From Eledone cirrhosa (lineage: Eukaryota): a stretch of 64,000 nt of DNA. The stretch covers positions 191,084,001 through 191,148,000 of the forward strand of contig OZ024740.1 of the NCBI GenBank assembly GCA_964016885.1. The letters are read 5' to 3'. Positions 53,269 to 64,000 of this stretch are shown here, in pieces. The notes under the pieces are model-generated. The model had not been told where the DNA came from. It did no database searches and worked only from the letters and a program-made list of their open reading frames with translations. The position numbers were made by a program, and so were the translations under genes. The stretch's first letter is position 1; every line of letters begins with the position of its first letter.

Positions 53269-53304
<36 letters not shown>

Positions 53305-53750
53305 ACCCCACACGCACACACACACTAAACATACATATAATACAAAAGATGACATGTTTATATATATATATACAATTATATCAGCAAATACAAAACCATA
53401 TATACGTTTGTGTGCGTGTTTGGTAGTGTAGCGTTTTGCATGGGAGTAAAGATTTATTAAGTGAGGTTAATATACTTAAATATACAAATATCTTGGGAAA
53501 GTTGGCAGGTGGAACAAATAATTTTGGAATGTAATTAAATCATTGTAAAAAATGTCAGCATTGCCTGCAACAATGTGCATTTAACAAACAATACGCACAA
53601 TACCATGACTATGAGTTAATTAATAACATTATTGAAAAATAAAACAATCAGTATCCACTTTATAGTTTAACATTTCTGTGATAATTGAAATAGAATATTA
53701 ATTCCATGTTTGTATTTGCTTTTTTGTAAAATATTTTCTCATTATTGTAC

Positions 53751-53813
<63 letters not shown>

Positions 53814-56311
53814 AATATATATATAAATATATATGCGTGTGTGTGTGTGTATACACGCAGGCACGAATTGCTTCTTTGCACTGAAATGGCATTTAACTCC
53901 AACGTTGCACTTAGTGTATATCTATATTTCTTTGTTCGCTTATATATCAGTATACATCAAATGGATATATGCAGACACGCAAACACACATCTACACCCTA
54001 CACACACACACGGACACATACCCCCCACCCCCCACCCCACCAACACACACACACATACACACCCGCACACACCCGCACTCACACACATATATCTATATAT
54101 CTCTCTATATATATATATCTGTTTACGTGTTTGTATGTACGCTTGTGTATACGTGTGAATATATATGAGTATGTTGTATAACATTAATAGGCTTTCAATT
54201 CAATAAGCTGTTATTTATTGCACGCAATATGAAAATAAGTTAATTTACGAATGATATCTGACAAGATCAGCTTTTATTTAAAACATGCACATGCAATGGT
54301 AATAGTATATAGAGTTTTCGGCTAGTTTCGCTTGCTTAAAGTTTAGCGAAATATATATTGAATTTTGTCTTATATTCAGGGTGTACACAAATGTTAATAT
54401 GATCAAGCGGAATCTTGAGAAATGTTAAATATTTTGCCAGCACTAGGAGCGAGGTTTTGGTTGAGTAATTAGATCTTTGACCAAAATTATTTACGTATAT
54501 GTTTTTATTCTTTATACGTTTGATTCCTAAAATATCGATGAAATTTGTTACAGCTCAAATTCTCAATTATCAAGCTTTGATCCTAAGTAACAACATATTA
54601 TTTTCACGGCATCGGGAAATCAAAACAGACCAAACGTTCATTAAAAATTCTGAAAAGCATTTGATCAGACCTGCTTTGATAAACATATATTGTTACTAGA
54701 TGTACTATTTAATATATATATAAACTTTGTGAATTTCGGTTTTACATTATGTATGTTTAAAATTAATTGATATAGTTTCTATTGCCGTAAATCAACAATG
54801 TAAAGGATATTAATCTAGGCGATCGCTTCCTTTTCTATACATGTACGCGTTTGTCTCATATCGAAAATTATTTAGTAGCAGTACATGTGTTGACAACGTT
54901 TGCCATTGGGGACTATTGGGCAGAGAATGATGGGAAATATATATATATTAACATATACGTATGGTTAGAAGCAATAGCACGTATTACCTTATTAAACATA
55001 TGATATCATGCGTTGAAAGAGACTCATTCAATAATTAAAGTGCTCCAGCGTCAATATAATGCAGTGGATTAATATGAAATAAACGTAGAAATACAAAATA
55101 TGAGTGGGTGACTTGAGAATCATTGTTTATATAATTGCTTGTAATGCATAGTAGGTTTGCAGAATTTTCGCCAGCTTGCGAATAGCCTGAAATTATCGGT
55201 GTAAGAAAGAAAGAAAAAAAAAAGAGAAATGGTTGATGAGAGAAATATGAAATCTTTTAAATTATTAATGTGAGAATTTTTAAATTTTGAGTAGTGTTTT
55301 AGAACCTGGAAATATCAGAGATGTTGTGTTTTAAGGAATGCTTATATTTCATTAAGCGATACATACTGAGTTTTAGAGAGATATACTTTTCATGTATATA
55401 TTCTATGGAGCTCAAAACTAATACCCGATATAATATTATACTGAAAAAACGACAAAATCTCATGGTTACCTAAAATTTCATAGGTTCGTATCATATGAAT
55501 AATCATTTTTCATTTAAATGATATGTCAACAGGTTTTATAAATATTACATAGGTACGCTTAATACTTAAAACATGTACAATAATTACAGTAAGGCAGAGA
55601 AAATGTTTGATATGGAAATGCAAAATGAACGTGTGCTGTTGAGTTGCTCCGCTGGTGGAGAGATTTGGGTGAGGAAATCATTAGTAACATTTTATTATCC
55701 TCATTTCGCATATTTTGCATAAAGCCCAAATAAGTTATGCATGCGATTCGGTGTATGTGTATTGTTTTGATGTTTTCCTTCTATCAGTGAGTGACAGCAT
55801 AAATGAGCGTGAGTGAGAATATGAGAGATGAATGAGAGAGAGAATTGAATAAATTGGAATAACTTGAGACAGATAGGCATATGTGCTGTTATGTGATAAT
55901 GAAAAGTTGTGTAGTATAAAAGTATGCAGTTCTTCAGAAGATCTATGAAAGAACGTGTATGCGACCACAACATGCATATATCAAGACAAAATAATATAAT
56001 GAAGTTGATGTCAGAAAACGGCGTCATTATTAATGTTGAAAATTTGAGTTAAATCTTCTAAGATATTTTGTCCAAAAAATTCTAATGAATATTATTAGAT
56101 GTTAATTCAACTCTCTTACGAGGTTTTGGTTTTTCTTCAATGGTTCGTACAATAGAGAGTGTTGATAGCATAAGCAAGAGGTATATTTACATTGTTTTTT
56201 TGTTTAGCCAGATTAGCAAAATATTTGAATAGAATTATTCATTCACAAGTGATTTAAATAATCACGTGTATAGGAATAATTTCTTTGTTGGATGCATGAT
56301 AATATAATGCC

Positions 56312-56349
56312 GTTTACACGAGCACTGCTAGAGCAGTGCTCGTGTAAAC
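56312..56349. repeat. Short perfect palindrome
   Basis: gtttacacgagcactgct-ag-agcagtgctcgtgtaaac. Confidence 0.85.
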
Positions 56350-56679
56350 AGGTTATTTTTTCATATATGAGTGTTTGAATTTCTTTTTACTTAAAAAAAA
56401 GGGCTCAAGAAGGCTTTTTTTTAATAAACGTAATTTGATTGGTTATAAATGTAATTTTGGCTGTCACGTGAACAAGTTTTCATTAAATTCTCGCGCCCTT
56501 ATTTGGAAATCTATTCTGCAGCCTTTTTAGAGAATTTTATGACAAGCAAGAGATAATGGTCAAGAGAAATTGGATGGGAGAATTGTTCTGGTTCAGTGAA
56601 TCTTGTTAGTTTGCTGGGGTGTCAGATTTCAGATGTTCTATTGAAGTAAAGAAAATAAAGATGTGTATGTTTATTTGTG

Positions 56680-56683
56680 TGCT

Positions 56684-56714
<31 letters not shown>

Positions 56715-57035
56715 TGGAAGATGATTCTATTAGTAGAAACGGGGGAGGGAGTAGTGTGTGTGTGTATATGAGTGTTATGTGCGTGTGGGAGGGGGGGGCA
56801 TGTTAAGATGGAGAGAATATATATATTTTGTGTGTGTGTATATATGTGTGTAGGAAAGTGATTCTATTAGTAGAAATGGGGGGAGGGAGTTGTGTGTGTA
56901 AGAGTGGGGGTTGTTATGTGTGTGTATGGGTGTTATGTGTGTGGGAGTATGGTTAGCAGGTTAAGATGAAGAGAATATATATATATACTGTGTGTGTGTG
57001 TGTGTGTGAAGGAAAATGATTCCTTTAGTAGGAAT
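56680..57035 (+). repeat. Degenerate ~140-150-bp tandem repeat with (TG)n
   Basis: ggaa..tgattctattagtagaaa.ggggg at ~56716 and ~56852, and a weaker copy at ~57010. Confidence 0.65.
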
Positions 57036-57649
57036 ATTTTTGAATGAACATATTTTCCTTACTTATTCGTATGTGTTCTGTTGTATTGTCAGCGCAAAGG
57101 TATGTTAAGGTTTATTTAGTTCGGGCTTTTATTTTCTAAAGAAGCAGGTGTTATGTGTGTGTGTATGTGTCTCTTTCGATGGTTAGCATGCTATGGTGTT
57201 GACATAATGTATATTAAACCATATTTAATGCTGGTCTATATTTTTGAATAAACATATTTTCCTTATTTATTCGTATTAAAATACATGCGGCAGATAACAC
57301 AGATAATGAAAGAGAATAGTCCGATAATCAGATCTAGTAGATAGTGTATGCGTTAGTCATACATGGAGCATGCAAGTGTGTATCATTTATATACGAGTAT
57401 TCTGTGGCAAGGTATTACATGTAATACAAGCACTTTAAGCGGGTAAGCAAGAGTATTATGGTGGTTGTAGTGGGAGGGTATTTTTTGTATAGATCAAAAA
57501 AGTATGTGTGCAGAAAAAGAAAAAGAATGATATAGATTTCCATCCACCACCATTATCACATCAAGAAAAAGGAAGTTATAGTTTTTACAACCATCACATA
57601 TGTTCCGATGATTTCGTATTGAATGTTTGATGTAGTAAATGATTGTAAC

Positions 57650-57873
57650 GTATTGAGGCTCAGTGTTATTTAATCCATATTTATAGAATAGGTTCTTTCT
57701 GCTGCGAGAATTTACAGTAAATTCTCGCAGCAGAAAGAACCTATTCTATAAATATGGATTAAAAACAAGTAACATTCAGCCTCAATACACTGAGCCTCAG
57801 GTATGGAAGAACCTATTCTATAAATATGGATTAAAGACAAGTAACATTCAGCCTCAATACACTGAGCCTCAGG
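57650..57873. repeat. Palindrome fused to a ~72-bp tandem duplication
   Basis: 57669-57713 mirrored by 57719-57763; agaacctattctataaatatggattaaa..cctcaatacactgagcctcaggt occurs twice. Confidence 0.85.
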
Positions 57874-58080
57874 TTTGGATGAAACAATAAATGTTTTGAA
57901 CATAGCATTGATTCTTGTGAATTCTATATAACTGCTCTGTAGAACAACTGATGTTCTTACATTGAGCTACTTATCTTACTGGTAATAAGGTAGTAATACA
58001 TTACTGAACTTCCTTGTTTATAGTTTAAAATATGCATAACTATAAAAAGTTTAAAATATATATAACTATAATATACTTAA

Positions 58081-58146
<66 letters not shown>

Positions 58147-58149
58147 TCA

Positions 58150-58505
58150 TGTGCTCGGGTATTAAATAGCAGTCATGTATAGCATTGATGTCAATACTTC
58201 AGTGCTACTTCGAAAACTATAATTGTACACAAGTAATCGTCTTTTTCCAAAAGGGCGTTGCTGTCTCCAGGTTGTCCCCTACTCAACATGTGCCAATTCT
58301 GAGTGTTCAAATTAATCTGTAGAACATAAGTAGCCCATGTGTCAAGTTTGATGAAAATCGGTTGCAAACTCCAGAAGTGCTTCAGACGATTCCAAGGAAG
58401 TGGTTAATGGGGGTCATTTGCCCAGGAGGGCTCTATAATCAATATCTAGAAAAATAATGGTGCCCATGACCATCCTGGGTACATAAGTAACATATGTCTT
58501 ACATA
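58150..58505 (-). mobile_element. Helitron-like non-autonomous fragment (family of 43384)
   Basis: Collinear similarity to 43403-43752. Confidence 0.6.
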
Positions 58506-59485
58506 CAACGCTGCGTTGACGCTTTTACAGTAGCTGTACGTTCAGCAACTTGTAATCGTCTCATTGCAGGCTACATTGACGATTCATTTGCTTTTCTTCT
58601 TTTCCCTCTCGCAGCTTTCACCGTTGTTCGACCAATCGCGGGACTTTTCCTTGCAGGCATTATCTAAGGAAAGATGATGTAACACACTAAGATGAGTAAA
58701 ATGTTAACCAACAATTATTTAAGTTTCGCACATATGACGTGATTGTCCCGGTGATCTAAAGGCAGCCTTCGTCCACAACACATCTGGAAATATGACGCAT
58801 GATTGTTGCAAATTTGAAGTAAATTGGTTGCAAATTGTACAGGTTATGTGAGTACAGAATGGGAGTAACAAAAATAGCTGTATAATTTTACAGAAAGACG
58901 TATGGGATTTATTCTATTCGTGAGAATTACCGTCTACTGCGTCCTTAAACTTTCCAATCAAATGGGACTTTATTGTACATGAATTTAGTTTCTGGCAGTG
59001 TACGGCTCTAATAAGTCCCCAAAAGCTATTGTCTGTATCGTTGACGCTAATAACAATGTTTTCTCTAGCTACTGTTATGCGTGAGGCTTAACGAAAAGGT
59101 ACAGATAATATAATATGTGTTCCCTACCTAAGATTCCGACTAAAATTAGATATTGCTTTAGAAAATGTTCTCAAACAAATGCTCTTCAATTTGTATATAC
59201 ATACGTGAAATTTCGTTGCATTGTCATTGCTTTGTTTTATTCAAACCTAATCGAGCAGCCATATCTTCAAAGGGGATTGAACTGTGACCATACAAATATT
59301 TTTATATATTTAAGACTTCGTTTGCTCAGTATGTATTTTATAGAAGGGAGTAATATGAACGAGATTGAAGTGCTATTTTTAAGTTGGAATCCGGGTAAAT
59401 GTTCTCGTTCTGCTGTTTCGAGGGCATGTAGTTTTCTTGTTTTGAATATATGATAATATTATGTGTGTCTACTTTTTATTATAGA

Positions 59486-60259
59486 CTAGCAGTAAAGCCC
59501 GGCGTTGCTCGGGGTCGCTCAGTAGCTGTGTTAAAGTTACAATGTTAAGTTTCTTTTTTGGCTTAAAAACTGTAATGTCTACTGTGCAGACTTGCATGTG
59601 GTGTTTTTGATTAATATTCCCTCAACCAACAATATGCCTTATGAAGTTAAGAAAACATAACGATAACCCGAATGTTATAACAAAAGAGGATTCTGGGGAT
59701 AAAAACTGCACTGGTTATTTATTAACAAAGATCGAAAATGTAAACACTGCAACGCAGAGAAAAACATTAGCGTAACCAAATTATCAGTTATGTCTGTCTG
59801 CACGCCTATATCACCTCTCTGCACGACTGTCTGTCTGCACGCCTGAAATATTTGCTTGTTTTACGTAGTCTTTAAATAGACTTGTTTTCAAGTAAAAATA
59901 TTGTTTTAAAATGCTTTTAAATGGAAATGAAGCAAAACGGAAGCTTAGTGTTCGAATGTTCGTGTATTGTGTTAATGTCATTTTAAACGCTGAGAAAGCC
60001 AACGTAATTTTTTACGTAAGACGCTCAATGTAAACAGAACAAAGGGAAATAACTGATAACTTACGCTCAAAAATCGATACATTATATTCGATTTCGTCAC
60101 ATAGGGTGGGTCAATTTGAAATTTTTTTTTTCCGATGTCTTCGCTAGGGCTGAATGTACAAGTCTAGCAATTTCGGTGCAATTCCGTGAGAGATTCTAAG
60201 AGGAGATGTGTGCCAAAAATCGATAGACAGACAGACAACCACAGTTTTATATATATAGA
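59486..60259 (-). mobile_element. Complete non-autonomous Helitron
   Basis: Minus strand: A|TCtatatatataaaac...cccgagc aac gccggg ctttactgCTAG|T. 5'-TC, subterminal hairpin, 3'-CTAG, insertion between A and T, no TSD. Confidence 0.82.
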
Positions 60260-61510
60260 TTACATGTTAAGAGTGTCTTAACTAACAGTATAACTTGCTG
60301 TTTTGCCCGACGTCAGCACTGATATCAAACATGTAATTTAGAAAATATGTCTCATTATTGACCATCTTGTATCACAAGAACTACATTGATTACTATGATT
60401 GACAATTTTGAAGTAGGTTGGTAAATTATTTCATGCCTGTGGAAGGTAAATACGTGTATACGAAATATGCAATTATGTTGATTTTCGGAAAATATACCAC
60501 TAGAATTTAAACACAATTCAGAAATTATGCAGTGTAGCAAATTTATGTATGGAGAATGAATAATAGTATCTTAATAGTAATCGTAACTGATTAATTTATT
60601 TGAAATTGAACAGGATGGAATCAGTTTCTTTTTTTATTAAACATATAGCGATCTTACCTCACATCATACACTATTTAAGCTAAAATGAAGATGGTAATAG
60701 CCAAATTCCGCAACAGACAGGCAAGTGCCTGACTTGTATTTTCCAACGAAAACATTGGACTATCGTTCTACACTATGTAAAGTGACATGGTATTTTATTC
60801 AAATATGATACACTGTGAAATATTGATATTTTAAAAAAATGGAATCACATTACCTGTAGTTTACAGGCTAGCTCTACGAATGTGCAATCATCTTCTCAAT
60901 GTGTCATTCGGCAAATAAATCGTCGACATGTTGGATATTCCCAAACGCAATTATATTATATCAGAACATATACTTCATGATATTACTATATGTCTGATTT
61001 CTTTACATCAGCGCATATGGTACACAGTTTTATATTTTTAGAAATTATTTATATTCGTTCTACTTTGTGCACTTGCAAATATTTGCATACATTTCTAACA
61101 CAGATAATTCCCTTATATATTGACTCTGAAGTCTAATTAATATAAACAAGAAAAATAATATATGTGTACTATATAAATGGCAATTTCTGTCTGTGTATAT
61201 GTGTACTGTGTATAACCAGTTGTCAACTAAGACAGTGATCCGATCCTTACACACATGTTAAGCTAATATTCAGAAACAGGACTGACTAATTGGATTTCAA
61301 TAACAAATCAATAATGGAAACCCTGGGGACATCTTTACAAGGGAGGAGGAAGAGAAGATGTTTCAGTGAGAGAGGGGTAAAAGGCGATAATACTATAGTA
61401 TGGTAAACCCTACCTCCCACAATTCAGTCCTCCAAAACGAGGCAACAACTTATTAGACTATACATAAAGAAATTTCAAACGAAGCAGACGACAATATAAT
61501 TATGTCGCTG

Positions 61511-61558
<48 letters not shown>

Positions 61559-61746
61559 GATAAATCTACCAAGAGTTTACGGTAGTGTCCAATCCGTATG
61601 AAGAACTCAATGTATTCCGGATATCATGGAAAGAAGAGATGTAATGAAAAATCACTTTCGGTGAAAGATAAACGGTATACAGAGTCAAGATAAAATATAA
61701 AACAAATAATGAATAAACAATTCCTTATATTAAACAAAAAAAGTTC

Positions 61747-61894
61747 ATTATTTAACGATCGTTTCTAGGATATATATGTGTTAGAATTGGCATGCATATT
61801 CAACAGATCTATGTACAAAATTATACAAAATTATACAAACTATCAAGATTAAATATACATACCAACACATATATACGCCGTCTTCAGAAATAAT
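61747..61894 (-). ncRNA. Hammerhead, mirror copy
   Basis: Exact reverse complement of 61896-62043. Confidence 0.65.
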
Positions 61895-61895
61895 G

Positions 61896-62043
61896 ATTAT
61901 TTCTGAAGACGGCGTATATATGTGTTGGTATGTATATTTAATCTTGATAGTTTGTATAATTTTGTATAATTTTGTACATAGATCTGTTGAATATGCATGC
62001 CAATTCTAACACATATATATCCTAGAAACGATCGTTAAATAAT
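61896..62043 (+). ncRNA. Type I hammerhead with ~115-nt helix II
   Basis: attattt-CUGAAGA-cgg cgtatatatgtgttgg...ctaacacatatatatccta-GAAA-cgatcg-UU-aaataat; 7-bp helix I, palindromic helix III. Confidence 0.72.
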
Positions 62044-62087
62044 GAACTTTTTTTGTTTAATATAAGGAATTGTTTATTCATTATTTG

Positions 62088-62130
<43 letters not shown>

Positions 62131-64000
62131 ATATGGCCTAAGCTTGTGCATTCAGGTCACATTCAGGTCAACTGTAGAAATCGGTGATAATCGGTGATAA
62201 GTTAAAAAAAAGTGTGATGATCAAAGACCTGGAAGTTGGCTTATCATGAGATTAGTCCGAATAATAAAACACAAGTTGTATGTTGAGGAATATTCGTATT
62301 ACCCCTATGTTAATTGATACATGTTTTCTTTGAGAGTAGAGTTTATTTTGTCGATATTTCGAGGTGTCGGATCATTGGAAGATTAACAAGAATTAAGGAG
62401 ATATAACTTCTGCCCCCATCATTGACAATTTGCAACAGTGGACGTTACAAGGCCCTCTTTATGGCCAACACTTCTGATTGTTTATAGGCATATTATGGTG
62501 TGTTTTCTCCGGTTATGTCTACTTTTAGGGGAAAAGGGGATGGTTTTATTGAATTGCTTCAATCATTCGACTGGTTTTACAAACGGTGATATATAGGGTG
62601 CTTGAACAGTACCTGAATATCTTCACTCGGTTGTAATTTCTTCGATAGTTGCTATCACTTCCTCAATTGTTCTGCGTTTGTTCTTGATCGCTAAGTCAGT
62701 AAGTCTACTATTCTTATACATAAGATTGTTGAATAAGTTCGATACACTTCGAGCTCAAACTTCCCTGGCTTATTCATTCTGAATGAAGAAAGCTGGATGG
62801 AAGAAGGTCTGATGACTTAAACAGCTATCGATTGTTCCACATCAAAAGTTGTTTCTATTCAAAATACAGCATGTGCACCCAGGATCGCTAGCATTTTCAG
62901 TTTCACTCTAGGAACTGCGAATAATCCCACCTTTCCGGGTATTACTGGGCACTGCAGCTAGTATATTTATATACGAAATATACACAGATGTAAATAAAAT
63001 GTATTACAAAGATGTCTGGAAAAAGTCAACTCTGTGACAGTTGATTCGATTAACTTTAAATGTTTTGTAGTTTCTAAATAGCTACTCACGTCTCTACTCT
63101 CCCCATTATGGCAAGTCTGGTTTTTGAAGCGCATGTTATGTATTTTCATTCTGGTACACATTTTATTTCAGAAAGCGGATAGTTTTATATTATTTAGCGT
63201 ATCGGTTATAGCTCATGAGTGTACCATTACCGAATACTTATAACCTATGTTGTAGTGTGTCCACCTATGTTTGCCTTGCCTACATTTAAACGGAAGCGCA
63301 ATGAGTGAAACGAGTACACATATTGAAGAATGGATTTCTGTTCTATTTGAACAGTGCGTTAAATATTTACACGCACTTTTTAATTTCCATTGATGGATGT
63401 AGCTGGCGCTCATTGACGCTGTCTCGTGAGGTTATTCACATGATAAACTATCGTCGATTTCAATTACAGGTTTGTTTCGAACTTTGCCTGGAAATGCAAT
63501 AAATATCTAAAGTGAGAGGTCTACGTTATGCCGGTTGTATTATATGAATGCCATATGAATATGGCACTGCAAGTGAAATGATAGGTACAAGCTATACGTA
63601 GACGGATTGATTGGCCACTACTCTATTTCCTCGGCTAGCGGCGCTGAAATTTAGATTTTATTATATTTGTTTCCAAAAGCTGTGAACAATATTTTATTAG
63701 AATATGTTTTCTGTCGAACTCTAGCGGAAATTGTTTGAGACGACAGTATGCATTATGTAAGATTACACACTAATCTTCAAAGTACATATTACATTGATAC
63801 ATGTGTCACATAACATATCAATTAATATAAAGTTTTAAAATACGTGTTTTGTATTTAAAAGAGAAATTTAACAAAGATATCTCTTTGTTTGAAAAATTTA
63901 ATAAATATTCTGCAATTAAATCATATGCGAAAGAGACACATGACTGATTTACTACATATTTTCCTTAGCTTAGTTACGACACTTTTGATAATTCGTTTTG

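Larger units (their letters stand above)
61690..62100. mobile_element. ~410-bp perfect palindrome made of two back-to-back hammerheads
   Basis: Centre at 61895 (aaataat-g-attattt); right end runs into (TA)n. Confidence 0.85.

Noticed and set aside
62808-62880. CTGATGA box (hammerhead or C/D snoRNA)
   Set aside because: No GAAA or helix III in register and no terminal stem or D box.

Overview
This is AT-rich animal genomic DNA. The repeat spectrum, plus a CR1-like tail resembling a common cephalopod repeat, hints at a mollusc such as a cephalopod, but that is inference. I can support no host protein-coding gene. The first ~51 kb is a dense nest of retrotransposons in (TA)n and (TAA)n microsatellites. 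It holds three tandem R4/Dong-like RT-RLE segments, about seven Penelope-like element (PLE) remnants (two with RT plus GIY-YIG, five with only the GIY-YIG end), a CR1-like and an RTE-like LINE, and a 6.5-kb CA/CT minisatellite. Non-autonomous Helitrons lie at ~43.4 and 58-60 kb. The main signal missed by the ORF track is roughly 25 type-I hammerhead ribozyme (HHR) motifs, intact or decayed, from more than a dozen unrelated sequence families. Most have a palindromic helix III and point toward a nearby (TA)n tract, often with AATAAA just behind. Many occur as outward-facing inverted pairs, bounding either EN-only PLE bodies or small non-coding palindromes. Three or four families carry the compensatory U3-A8 core (UUGAnAA), and one has a ~115-nt helix II. 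Working hypothesis: a community of (TA)n-targeting, ribozyme-terminated PLEs and non-autonomous derivatives integrates two-endedly into the self-complementary (TA)n target. All motifs and alignments were read by eye. Coordinates of degenerate boundaries are approximate.
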